A DNA stretch of 63,075 bases, filler included, from Chiloscyllium plagiosum (Eukaryota), in NCBI RefSeq assembly GCF_004010195.1. It is 4 parts of one record of this genome, joined end to end, with 100 filler letters (N's around TTAATTAATTAA, not from the genome) between each part and the next. Parts side by side here need not be neighbours in the genome. Positions count along the whole stretch, not along the records: positions 1 to 29,186 come from NC_057715.1; positions 29,287 to 40,828 come from NC_057715.1; 2 more parts are not named here. The stretch is one strand, 5' to 3'. The notes beneath the pieces are model-generated. The model had not been told where the DNA came from. It did not search any database and saw only the letters and a program-made list of their open reading frames with translations. The position numbers and the translations under genes were made by a program. Positions 25,414 to 37,528 of the stretch are shown piece by piece; the first letter of the stretch is position 1, and each line of letters starts with the position of its first letter.

Positions 25414-26229
25414 CTGCCATGCTGCAAAGACAGATGCAGGACTCAGAAGATTGGGATTTGTGGAATGACGGCCTCCCATATATTCATCAGTACAAATATC
25501 ACAGCTTTCTGAATCTCTCCAGTCCCAATATGGAATAGTAAAATTGTCATCGTGTACCATCTTTCGGAGTTCACTTTCCCACAGCAACATAAAAGCTCTG
25601 TGCCAGGTCAGGAAACCAGGACCTTCATGAGCAAAGTCAATATCTATCCAAACATTTGACTTGCCTAATAAAGCATCTTTAGATGTATAATAGTGCATCC
25701 AAACAAACAGATCATAAACAGTTATATCTTTGAACATAGGATTTGAACCATTGTTCATCTGGGCATATGTTCCAGTGGCGATTTGATAGTCTTGGCTGAT
25801 GGTGTATTTGGCTAAATTGATGTAAGCAAGAAACTTGTTCTTCTCAGTTGTTGTGAGGCTAAAGATATCTTTCCTGATCAACAATCGTTGTTCCGTGCAA
25901 TTAGGACCAGTAAAGCCAAACTTGCAGTCTGCACAACTGAAACCCATAAAGTTTTTGTTGCACTGACAAGTCCTGTTGTAAAAGACAGATGGCCAGTTTT
26001 CACGATCATCCACCCCAGAGAATGGGAACTGAGGTCCATTTACAGCCTCAGTTATTAAAATGTCTTGACATGATCCTCTACCAGAGAGCTTGCCACAGGA
26101 AGATCCATCCCCGTTCCAAACTGGACAACACTCTTTCTTGAGAAGTGCATCTGCAGATGTACATGGTCGAGGAAACTGTTGAAATGAGAGTTTGAAAAAA
26201 TTCAGAAGGCAAATTAAAAGGAGAGACAT
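25414..26229 (-). CDS. tyr: Tyrosinase, coding exon 1 (272 codons; signal peptide, Cys-rich domain, CuA site)
   Basis: Translation [23 protein letters not shown]...ECCPVW...DDRENWP...WMHYY...[14 protein letters not shown]...IPYWDWRD...[12 protein letters not shown] is colinear with vertebrate TYR exon 1. It ends at a phase-0 donor CAG|GTATTG (GT at 25413-25412). The ORF-track tail after WQ is intron read-through. Confidence 0.97.
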
Positions 26230-26313
26230 CTTTTTGGGTGAGCTCCTTTTACCTTGGCTCACTGCAGAGTGAGGAGTCAAACACATCACTTTGATTTTCT
26301 CCTCAAATTCAGA

Positions 26314-26322
26314 ATCACATGC
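26314..26322 (-). promoter_or_regulatory. Initiator-proximal E-box (CATGTG, MITF/USF type) of the tyr promoter
   Basis: Minus strand reads GCATGTGAT, with CATGTG at 26321-26316, about 90 bp upstream of the ATG. This matches the position of the initiator E-box known from vertebrate TYR promoters. Confidence 0.65.
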
Positions 26323-28745
26323 TTCAGATTAATGAAAAGAGCTTTTCATTCCTGACTAGCACAAATCATTACCAAATCCCCAGCCCTTAGCCAGCTGAAG
26401 TTAAAAAAAAATCCACTCATGAACATAAAACCATAGATTGATTAAATTTATTTTTATCTAAGATATAATTAAAAGGATTCTCATATCAAACCATGTAAGT
26501 ACATAAGTGCTTATTTACACTTTACCAAAATAACTCAATTAAATTAAAATTTAGCATGTCTAATGGGTAATATTTACTTACTGAAATGAGATTAAGGGTG
26601 CATGTCCTGACACATTTAGAATTAAGTTTGAAAAAAAAAATCAATATCTACTCAAAGTTAAATTGGAGAATTTAACTGTTTTTAGTACAGATTTTAAAGA
26701 TCAGATATATAATCTATACCATATGCTACGATACAAATTGATAGTTACGTTTAGTTATACGTTTTATTGGTTATTTGCAGAATTTTAAAAAGTTGTTAGA
26801 TTATTACTGGTACTGTAATGGTGAATGTCGTTTTCATTAATTCAAAGCGTTAAGGAATTACCACAATTATGGAAGTAAGAAGTCAGCCGACTGTCTCGAC
26901 GTGTAGAGCAGAAACTCTGACGCACACGGGACACTACGACAGAGCAAGTTGTGGATCACAAGCCCCGTTACATGATCGTACAGAAAGCACGAGTTTCTCT
27001 CTCATGTTCAGGCATTCGACCACTGTGGATACTTGAAATTTAATGAACCATCATACAAGACAGTCAACTGCTTTCGGTGCAAATTGTTAGAGGTTTAATA
27101 AGACTTTATAAACTTCCGATGTCGCAAAGCATCTGGCGGATCTTTTTTACAGTTTATCTATAATAGATGGGATAAACATAAAATTTTTAAAATGCATAGG
27201 TCGAATTCACAAAAAAAGCATCAAATTTATGAGCTGCTTAAAGAGAGGCCGCCTATCAAACGGAATCCCATCTCATTACAATCAACCCGACTTTTGACTG
27301 AAAATGCTAATCAAGCGAATGTATTAATATCCCAATCTGAAAATTGATTGGTACCAGAGATAAAGAACTCATTCGAGCAATGGGGATCAATCAACCACTT
27401 TGAGTCGGTAAAAACTAGCAATAAAGACTTAACGTGACACTCGATGAGTTTTGGACAAGTTGCTGTTAATGAAGATTTAGAGGTCAGCAAGATGAATATT
27501 TGTGTAATAAGCCCTGGAGGTCACAAAAATGCACATTAGGTAGACAGAAATAGACAATGCTATTGAGATGCAAATAAGAATCTTTGGTGACTGACAAATT
27601 GAGTGAATGGAATGCCAACAAACTCAATTGAGTCACCAAAGAGTGGAAGTACTTGTGATAGGAACTGAAAATAATTACTCCAACATTCGCAGGTTTTATT
27701 ACAGGAAAGCATAATTTATCCAAAGTTTGTTGCCCAAAATTTGACAATTTGGGGGCGGGCAACGTGTAAAGAGAAAAGCAAAAAGATTGTGTAGCATTCG
27801 GGCTGGGTATCACGCGCGTCTACAAAAAAAGAGATCCAACAATAGTATTACCAAAGAAAATTCGTAATTTTGACTTTTTTCTGTCTAGTCTGTTTGAACA
27901 AGCCACTGAATGGATTGCAATCGCGGCGTTTCACTTTCTGAAGTTAACTGCAACCAAACACTGTCAGCAGTTATATTATTACAATTCCTCCGAGGCACAA
28001 AAACTAAAAGCCTTCCATTCAATAGGGCAAAACTAAATTAGCAATGTAAGTATTAAAAGGAGTTATTTAGAAGCGCATGTAACAACAATGGCCTTGATTT
28101 CACCATTCCTGCCTGGAGAAGAACGTTTTATGTATGCAAGTTTTTATAAGATTGTTTTGGAACCATTTTTTAATTGAAGGGAAAAAGAAGATATTCAATT
28201 TTAAATTCCATCTAACGAAGACTGAGTAAGTTATTAAATCTTCACACCTAGAGTAAAGATGAGAGCAACTAACCGTTGAAAGCTATTTTGGGTGGAATTT
28301 CCTTTCTGAAGCAATGTGGGCAATATTGAAAATGAGAAAATTATAATCTTGACATTTAGGGGGTGAGGAATCCCAATTTGCTCGAAGTTTTAACTGGTGA
28401 TTCCACAATCTCACTATACCAGCAACCATGTTTCCATGTATTTGCAAATGAGCTGAATGCACCTCCTGTCAATGTCATTTCCAAGTCACTTTTGTGACAA
28501 AATAGATGGTGTATATGCAGGGCACACACATTAGGCTGCAGCTTTCCAATTGCTATGCTTTCTCCACAATGTTTCGACATGTACCATGGAGACAATCCTC
28601 CTCCCTCAAGTGAGCATCAACAGAACAACATATTTGACTTGTCATCTTGCCTGCTTTTGGTCCAACTCTGATGTTACAAGTCCTGGAGGAATTTGGAACT
28701 TATAAAACCTGTAGCTTGTATGCATCTGTCAGTTGGTTTTGCATG

Positions 28746-29186
28746 CAATAGACAATAGGTGCAGGAGTAGGCCATTCAGCCCTTCGAGCCTGCACCGCCA
28801 TTCAATATAATCATGGCTGATCATTCCTAATCAGTATCCTGTTCCTGCCTTATCTCCATAACCCTTGATTCCACTATCTTTGAGAGCTCTATCCAACTCC
28901 TTCTTAAATGAATCCAGAGAGTGGGCCTCCACTGCCCTCTGGGGCAGAGCATTCCACACAGCCACCACTCTCTGGGTGAAGAAGTTTCTCCTGAGCTCTG
29001 TCCTAAATGGTCTACCCCATACTTTTAAGCTGTGTCCTCTGGTTCGGCACTCACACATCAGTGAAATATGTTTCCTACTGCCAGAGTATCCAATCCTTTC
29101 ATAATCTTATACGTCCCAGTCAGATCCCCTCTCAATCTTCGAATCTCAAGGGTATACAAGCCCAGTCGCTTCAATCTTTCAGTGTA
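28746..29186 (-). mobile_element. CR1 LINE 3' end
   Basis: RTRGHSLKV..RRNFFTQRVVAVWNALP..FKKELD, with a ctattgtctattg tail; runs into the gap. Confidence 0.9.
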
Positions 29187-29286
29187 NNNNNNNNNNNNNN
29201 NNNNNNNNNNNNNNNNNNNNNNNNNNNNNNTTAATTAATTAANNNNNNNNNNNNNNNNNNNNNNNNNNNNNNNNNNNNNNNNNNNN
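29187..29286. other. Assembly gap with artificial linker (44N-TTAATTAATTAA-44N)
   Basis: The same 100-bp construct occurs three times in the window. Confidence 0.97.
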
Positions 29287-29460
29287 CCCTCCTCTAGCTT
29301 ATCTCTCCACGCTTCAGGCTCTCTGCCTTTATTCCTGATGAAGGGCTTTTGCCCAAAACGTCGATTTTGCCTGTCCTCGGATGCTGCCTGAATTGCTGTG
29401 CTCTTCCAGCACCACTGATCCAGAATCTGGTTTCCAGCATCTGCAGTCATTGTTTTTACC
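29287..29460 (+). mobile_element. PLE terminus with hammerhead motif at 29331-29366 (GAAA mutated to AAAA)
   Basis: attc CTGATGA agggc tttt gccc AAAA cg TC gatt. Confidence 0.7.
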
Positions 29461-30940
29461 TTGTGTTCGGGGACTCTCTCGTCCGAGGTACAGACAAACT
29501 TTTCTGTGGCCAGCAGCGAAAAATCAGAGTGGTGTGTTGCTTCCCTGGTGCCAGAATCAAGGATGTCTCAGAGAGGGTGCAGAATGTTCTCACGGGGGAG
29601 AGGGGCCAGCAGGAGGTCATTGTCTACATTGCAACCAATGACACTGGAAAGGAAAAGGTTGAGATTCTGAAGGGAGATTACAGAGAGTTAAACAGGAATT
29701 TAAAAAGGAGTCCTCAAGGGTAGTAATATCTGGATTACTCCCAGTTCTATGAGCTAGTGAGGGCAGGAATAGGAGGACAGAACAGATGAATGCATGGCTG
29801 AGGAGCTGGTTTATGGGAGAAGGATTCACATTTTCAGATCTTTGGAATCTCTTTTGGGATAGGAGTGACCTGTACAAGAAGAACGGTTTGCACCTAAATT
29901 GGAAGGGGACTAATATACTGGCAGGGAGATTTGCTAATGCTGCTTGGGAGGATTTAAGCCATGAAGAATTGGGAGTGGAGGGGGGATCCAGGGAGATGGT
30001 GAGGAAAGAGAGCAATCTGAGACTGGTACAGTTGAGAATAGAAATGAGTCAAACAGTCAGGGCAAGCAGGGACAAAGCAGAGAACAAGATAGCACTGATA
30101 AATTAAACCACATTTATTTCAATGCAAGGGGCCTAACAGGGAAGGCAGATGAACTCAGGGCATGGTTAGGGACATGGGACTGGGATATCAAGCAATTGCA
30201 GAAACATGGCTCAGGGCTGGACAGGACTGGTAGCTTAATGTTCCAGGATACAAATGCTACAGGAAGGATAGAAAGGGAGGAAAAAGAGGAGGGGGAGTGG
30301 TGTTTTTGATAAGGGATAACATGACAGCTGTACTGAGGGAGGATATTCCCAGAAATCCATCCAGGGAAGTTATTTGGGTGGAACTGAGAAATAAGAAAGG
30401 GATGATCACCTTATCGGGATTGTATTATAGACCCCCTAATAGTCAGAGGGAAATTGAGAAACAAATTTGTAAGGAGATCTCAACTATCTGAAAGAATAAT
30501 AGAGTGGTTATGGTAGGGGATTTTAACTTTCCAAACATAGACTGGGACTGCCATAGTGTTAAGAGTGTACAAAAAAATTATCTGATTCAGTATGTGGAAG
30601 CACCTAGTAGAGAAAGTGCAAAAATGACTTACTCTTGGGAAATAAGGCAGAGCAGGTGACTGAGGTGTCAGTAAGGGAGCACTTTGGGGCCAGCGATTAT
30701 AATTCTATCAGATTTTAAATAATGATGGAAAAGGATAGACCTGATCTAAAAGTTGAAGTTCTAAATTGGAGAAAGGCCAATTTTCATGGTATTAGGTAAG
30801 AACTTTCAAAAGCTGTTTGGGGGCAAATGTTCGCAGGTAAAGGAACAGCTGGAAACTAGGAAGCCTTCAGAAATGAGATAACAAGAGTTCAGAGAGAGTA
30901 TATTCTTGTTCAGGTGAAAGGAAAGGCTGCTTAGGATAGA
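29461..30940 (+). mobile_element. CR1 fragment (ORF1 esterase to endonuclease), same family as 19100-21992
   Basis: GDSLVRG..VCCFPGARIKDV, NGLHLNWKG, YYRPPNSQ. Confidence 0.9.
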
Positions 30941-31795
30941 GAAGTTAAAAATCACACAACACCAGGTTATAGTCCAACAGGTTTAATTGGAAGCACACTA
31001 GCTTTCAGAATGACACTCCTTCATCAGGTGGTAGTGGAGGGCTCAATCCAAACACAGAATTTATAGCAAAAAATTACAGTGTGATGTAACTGAAATTATA
31101 CATTGAAAAATTGATTGTTAAGTCTTTCATCTGTTAGAATACAGTGATAGTTTCACTTCTTTCATGTGTAAATCATAAAACCCTTTTTTTAAAAAAAGTT
31201 GCATTCTCGGATTAACTGTTAACAATGGTGATAGCTAGACAATATGTTGAAGGTGTTGGCCCCCTGTGTTCTCTGTCTATGCCATGATGTTTAGATTGAT
31301 TCTAATCTAAAAAGTGAGATACCTTGGGTTCATGTCACATTAATGGTGACCACCATTGCACTACACACACACACATACACACACACAAAGATATTCCTAC
31401 ACACACACACACTCTCACACACACACAGGCATTCCTATACACACATACAAATGGATACACATATACACAGACTCGCACACAGACACCCAAACACACCCTT
31501 ACAAACACACATACACTCCTACACTCACACATGCACCCTTTCACAGACTTAAGACACTCTGCACTCACTACACACACACCCATACACTTTCTCACACTCA
31601 CAATCCCCAACCCAGACAGACACACACACACACACACACACAGACAAAGACCCACATGCACATATGTATTTTGTGGGGTGAATTTGTACTTGCAGGGTTA
31701 CATTGTACTTTGCTCAAAAACTGCATGCATTTGTGTTGAACTCTGAGCTAAAAACTGCATGAATTTATGTAAAATTCCGTTATCTCACTTTTTAG
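30941..31795 (-). mobile_element. PLE family-B terminal region with hammerhead motif (30996-31030) and CA-rich tract
   Basis: Minus strand: CAC CTGATGA aggagtgtcattct GAAA GC TA GTG. Homologous to 7698-7945. Confidence 0.7.
31361..31642. repeat. Degenerate (CA)n microsatellite
   Basis: Interrupted acacac runs. Confidence 0.9.
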
Positions 31796-32021
31796 GGTTA
31801 CAGGGTTGGGTCTGGGTCTGGGTAAGATGTTAGTTGGAGGCTTGCCCAATGGGCCAAATGGCCTCTTTCTGCACTGTAGGGATTATATGATTACAATGCA
31901 CATCTTACTCATTTTTGTTGATTGTGATGAAGGTAACATGCCAACTTTAAGTTACCTGTTCATTCGATAATTTCAATCTGCCAGTAACTGGTACGATGCA
32001 TCAGAAGGTGGCTGAAGTTTC

Positions 32022-32362
32022 TAGAATCATGGAATCCCTACAGTGTGGAAACAGGCCATTTGGCCCAATAAGTCCACACTGACCCTCTGAAGACTAACTC
32101 ACCCAGATCCATTCTCCTATACTATTACTGTACATTTATCCCTGACTAATGCACCTAACCTACATACCCCTGAACACTATGGACAATTTAGCATGGCCAA
32201 TTCATCTGACGTGCACATCTCTGGATTGTTGGAGGAAACTGGAGCACCTGGAGGAAACCCACGGGAAGAATGTACAAACTCCACACAGACAGTTGTCTGA
32301 GGCTGAATCGAACCCAGGTCCCTGGCGCTGTGAGGCAGCAGTGCTGAGCTACCGTGATGCCC
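32022..32362 (-). mobile_element. HE1-like SINE, diverged
   Basis: Homologous to 14221-14552. Confidence 0.8.
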
Positions 32363-34356
32363 CTTTGTGTGTAGGTAACACCACTTGAAGATAGCTTGCA
32401 TTGTTTAAGGATAATTTCTTAAAGGGAACTCCTGAGAGCCCTGTGTTTTCCAGCAGATTGCCCTGTTCTACATGGCCTTTTGTTCATTTTCCAGCCATTC
32501 TTAGCACAGTGCCTATTAGTACACTGATGTCTGGGAGCACCTTGTTGTTTCTAAAAGCTGACTGTTGAACAGCCCTTTAGATTAGCATAGAAAGGATTGG
32601 TTGCAGTACTCTACCCCAATCACAAGCCACAGACATCTGAATCTAAGGTAGTGCCAGTGCTGGTATCATAATACCTCTTTCAAAAAAATGTGACCTATGA
32701 ACCAGTAATATCAAACTATCCCTATATCTTAATACCTCAGTGCTGAAATGCTTCAATGAGGTTGCTGGTTGTCTGAGTGCAAAGTTGATGCTAGTACGCA
32801 GTATGACCAACCATAACTGTATGAATGCCACCTCAACATAAGTAATTGAATGATTATAATTTACATATTCAATAACTAGAAATAAAACAGAGGTCAGCTG
32901 ATGAGAAACCACATCACTAACATATACAGGTGGACTGAGATGTTCACATTGCACAAAAAAATGCTACACATTTCTCTACCATATGTCCTGTTAATTGCAG
33001 AAGTGCAGAAATATCTTTATCTTGGTTTTAGTACTTCTGATGAGAGTTGCAGCATCTCATTTACTCCACAGCACTGCTGGCACAGCTAGAGCTTGCTGCT
33101 ATTGATAGTGCTATAAGACCATGGCTCCCTGAGGTAACAAGATGCTGTCAATATTGATAGCAAAAACTTTTTATATGCAATCCAAACGTGCAATGTTCAC
33201 ATCAATTGAGGTGGTAAAAATGTGTTTGCCACCTGCCATCCTCATCCACATTCCTCATGGATGCAACCTGGCGGTCTTTCCCGAAAGCGTCAGATGGGCA
33301 AGCTACAAGAATCATTAAGTCTACTTCAGTGGTACTTCTGTCTTTCAGCTCTAAGGCTGATTTTGTGCTGGTTCTTATAACAAACCTTCTCCCCACAATT
33401 TGACTCCAAACAGCAGAGAGCTATTAATAAAACTCAAATGCTAGGTGATGAATATAACTTCTCTGTAATTACATTTTAACCTCAGTAAATTAAAATGTCA
33501 AGTTAATTTTATGAAGTTAAAAATATTTGATTGCTTTCATCTTATTCCACAAGATTAAAATGTATTTAAATGCTTCTAATCTTTAAAACTTCCAAATACA
33601 TTTTACTTTTGTTTTTATGGTTACTGAATATTCTTTTTTGGCTCATTTGTTCAAAAGCTAATTATAGTTTATTTTTTCTCTTGGATAAACCTTCCTTTAG
33701 GTTTGCAGTTATGTTGCTTAAATATTGCATACATTGAGTTGTTCCTTTAAATGAGCACCCCACATTAGTCTAATAAAGTATTTGATTTCTTAATTGTTCA
33801 ATTTCCTGACCTCTACAATATGTTTTAGTTACCTCTGGAAAATGACCACAATTTGTGTAGAGATACTTCCTGAGTCCAATGTGAATTTGTCTTTCACAAT
33901 CTTGAACTTGCTGTTACTGTTATAATGTTATATTACATTTTAAAATTATTGATCTGGGTTATATTTATGTCTTCTGTTGAATAACCTATTAAGGTGGCCT
34001 TTGACATATCACTTGCAAAGTCTTCATTTATTAAGATCTTAGTTTCCTGCTTCCTCATTATACCTAAAGTGTTGACTTTGTCTGGACACCATTCTCACAA
34101 CCATAAACAGTCATGCAAAACTTTGCAGACGTGAATGGTTGTTCTTCACCTGCATGACTAAGCTGTAAGTGGTGAATGGTTATCTTAGAGATGGTATGGA
34201 GAGTATTACAGCTCAGCCCAATGTTGTGCTGATTTGACAATCATACATTTGCAGTTTCTCATAGGTACGACTATATAATCATCGAGAAAGCTAATTTATC
34301 TTAAAGTTTTCACAGCCAGGAATTCCAAGATCCATTGAAGCACCCAACAAATTGGT

Positions 34357-34496
34357 TAAAAATCACACAACACCAGGTTATAGTCCAACAGGTTTAATTG
34401 GAAGCACACTAGCTTTCGGAGCAACGCTCCTTCATCAGGTGTTGTGTGATTTTTAACTTTGTACACCCCAGTCCAACACCGGCATCTCCGAATCAT
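34357..34496. mobile_element. 140-bp PLE-derived fold-back insert with 11-bp TSD
   Basis: TSD aacaaattggt at 34346-34356 and 34497-34507. Perfect 20-bp inverted repeat at 34355-34374 / 34438-34457. Confidence 0.85.
34406..34443 (-). ncRNA. Minimal hammerhead ribozyme motif (family B), intact core
   Basis: Minus strand: ACAC CTGATGA a GGAGC gtt GCTCC GAAA GC TA GTGT. Confidence 0.78.
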
Positions 34497-34699
34497 AACA
34501 AATTGGTATAATTAAGAAGAAACAATGAAGCATTTGTCAGGATCAAACTTGGAATGTTTCTGAGGTATGAAAAAAAGGAAGTATTAAAAATGAAAGAAAA
34601 GTATGGTTTGAGAGAAAGCTTCCTAGTGATACAAAAACAGACAGCAAAAGTTTACATAAATATTTAACTAGAAAAAGAGTAAGTAAAGCTAGTGACAAA

Positions 34700-34900
34700 A
34701 ATATAAATTGCTGAAAAAGCTTAGCAGATCTGGCAGCATCTGTGGAGAGAAATTAGAGTTAATGTTTCAGGTCAAGAGACCTTCCTCAAAACTTTGTGAT
34801 TTCTCTGATTTCTCTCCACAGATGCTGCCAGACCTGCTGAGTTTTTCCAACAATTTCTATTTTTGTTTCAAATTTATAGCATCTGAAGTTCTTTTAGTTT
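34700..34900. mobile_element. Palindromic short element (third PLE-terminus-like family); related decayed copy near 59630-59890
   Basis: tctggcagcatctgtggagagaaat versus atttctctccacagatgctgccaga inverted arms, with a degenerate TGAGGA...GAAAC core. Confidence 0.55.
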
Positions 34901-34999
34901 TTAAGTAAAACTAATGTTGGTCTCCTTAGAGAGTTAGTTATTGTCAAATATTAATGAAAATGAGTACATGTAGTCATATAACAGGTGAGTGAGGTCTGT

Positions 35000-35580
35000 C
35001 TTCACTGCAGAAAACGTAATAATCTTCCCATAGGTTTCAAAGATGAAGAAGTGAAAGGGAGGGAGGATGTAAAAACATTCACCATCACCAGAAAAAAGGC
35101 GCTGAGAAAACTATTGGACTAGAAGACCAATCAGTCCCCAGGACCAAATGGTCTGCATCCTCCAGTTTTTTGTTTCAAAAATGCTGTAGAGATAGTCAGA
35201 ACATTAGCTATATTCTTCCAAAGGTCTTCTGATATAAAAAGACCCAAACAGATTCAAAAGTAGCTGATCTATTAACTTTATTCAAGTAATATGGAGACAG
35301 AAAATAGGAATCTATAAGCTAGTTAGTCTAACTTCTGCCATAGGGAACTTAACAGGATCATTAAAGAAATTATCGCAGACTTTGTAGTAAGCTATAATGG
35401 GATAAGGCACAGTCAACTTGGTTGTGTGCAAGGGAAATTATGTTTGACTAATTTATTAGAGTTCTATCAGGAAGTAGCTCGCAAGGTGGATAAAGGGAAA
35501 ATTGTAATATTTTATTTGCATTTCCATAATGCATTTGACATGTTGTTATATCAAAGTTTGCTATAGAAGAGTACATGGCG
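35000..35580 (+). mobile_element. Degraded CR1 RT fragment
   Basis: cagtccccaggaccaaatggtctgcatcc (SPGPDG.HP-like), tgtttgactaatttattagagttc (CLTNLLEF) and gcatttgac. Confidence 0.65.
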
Positions 35581-35659
35581 TGAAGAGTTTATATTTGCTT
35601 TGATAAAGGCCACACTTAGGTATTTCCTCAGAACACATACTGTGATTCAGTCCTACCAT

Positions 35660-35940
35660 GGTCCCAGCCCCAGACCCAAAATTAGGTTCAAATCCCATCC
35701 TAGCCTCAGATTCAGAATTAGCTTCAGTCAGAGACCCAGTCCCAGCCCTAGATCCAGAACTATTGCCAGTACCAACCCAGCCCAGCTCACATCCCAGTCC
35801 AAAATGACTGTTGAATGAATTCTTTTCCTCCATTTTCACACTGCTTTTCAAGTCTCTCTTTTCAACACTGCTTTTCAAGACTCCCCATTCTCATGCTGCT
35901 TTTCAAGTCTTTGCTGCCCTCTCATGCTTTTCAACACAAG
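35660..35940. repeat. Low-complexity repeats (cccagN/ttcaga hexamers, then tgcttttcaa units)
   Basis: Visible periodicity. Confidence 0.6.
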
Positions 35941-37395
35941 CCCAACATGGTATTTGCCTCCATAAATATTTGTATTACCTGCACATTAATTTTCAACAAC
36001 TTATGAACAAAGATGCCAAGGTTCCTTTGGAGCAAGACTTCCCTATCTGTCACCAATTCTGAAATGCTTTGCATCTCTTTGTACTAAAGTGGATAACCTC
36101 ACATTTAGAACCATTGAAATGATATAGCTCAGAAGGGGGCTACTTGGCTCACGTTGTCCATGCTTATCCAAATCGATCAAGATGCCTTTTTTAATCCCAT
36201 TTTCCTGCCTATAGCCCTGCAGTTTACAACACTTAAGGTGTGTATCCAGGTACATTTTAATAGATTTTAGTATCTCTGCCCCCGCCACTAACTCTAGCAG
36301 TAAATTCCACACACCCATCACCCTCTGTGGGAAAAAATGTTTTCCTCACATTCCTCTAATCCTCTGCCACTTAGCCTGCATTTATGACTCTTAGTTTATG
36401 AATTCTCTGCTGAGAGAAACAGATTCATCCTGTCTGCACTATCTCTATCCCTCAGAAATTTGTATGCTTCAATCATGCTGCCCTCAGCCTTCCCCGTTCC
36501 ATGGAAATCAACCCCAATCTCTTCAATCTCTTCTCATAGCTACAGTTCTCCAGTATTATCAACATTCTAGTAAATCTTTCTGCACACTGTCCAGAGTTAT
36601 TAGGTCCTTCCTGTCATGTGACCAGAATTGCATCTCGTTATGGTCTCAACAATGTCTTATATAATTTTATCTTTATATCCCTGTTTTTTTTTATTATATA
36701 CCTCTACTAATGAAGGAGAGTATTCCATATGCTTTCTTTACAACCTTATCTTCCTATACTATTACCATTGGGGACCTGGGCACTTGTACACCAAGATCTC
36801 TCTCTTTATCCATCCTTCTTAGTATATTCCCATTTTTTGCGTATTTCCTTTTACTGTTTGACCTCCCTAAAAGTACTATCTCACACTTACCAGTGTTGAA
36901 TTCCATCTGCCACTTTCCTGCTCACTCCACCAACCCATCCATATCATTTTGGAGCTTACAGTTTTCCTCCACATTATCACTACACTTTTGCATCATCTGC
37001 ACATTCCCCAATTGTGCCCCCAATATTCAAGACCAAATTGTTAATTTATAAAACAAATAGCAGTGTTCCAGCACTGTGCCCTGCGGTACATCGCTTGAAA
37101 TAGCCTTACATTTGCAAAGGTAGCCATCGACTAAGCCAACTATGGATCTAATGCAATACACAATGCTGTGCCACATGGGTTTTAACCTTTTTGATGAGTC
37201 TGCCATGTCGGACCTTGTAAAATGCCTTAGTAAAATCCATGTGAACAATATCCATGTAAGTCCCTCATCGGGCCTTCTTGTCACTTCTTCAAAGAGTTCA
37301 ATCAAATTTGTAAGGCATGCTGACTATCCCTGACTATTCCATGCCTTTCTGAGTGGCAATTTATCCGATTTTTCAGGATTTACACCATTAATTTG

Positions 37396-37528
37396 CCTCA
37401 TTCCTGATGAAGGGTTTTTGCCCGAAACGTTGACTTTCCTGCTTCTCGGATGCTGCCTGACTGGCTGTGCTTTTCCACGACTACACTCTTGGCTCTGATC
37501 TCCAGCATCTGCAGTACTCACTTTTACT
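37396..37528 (+). mobile_element. 133-bp PLE mini-insert with 9-bp TSD and hammerhead motif (37401-37434)
   Basis: TSD attaatttg at 37387-37395 and 37529-37537; ttc CTGATGA agggt tttt gccc GAAA cg TT ga. Confidence 0.8.

Noticed and set aside
29231..29242. TTAATTAATTAA palindrome repeated three times
   Set aside because: Always centred in 44N flanks; an artificial linker with stops in all six frames.
31324..31746. His/Thr- and Cys/Val-rich ORFs
   Set aside because: Translations of a (CA)n microsatellite.
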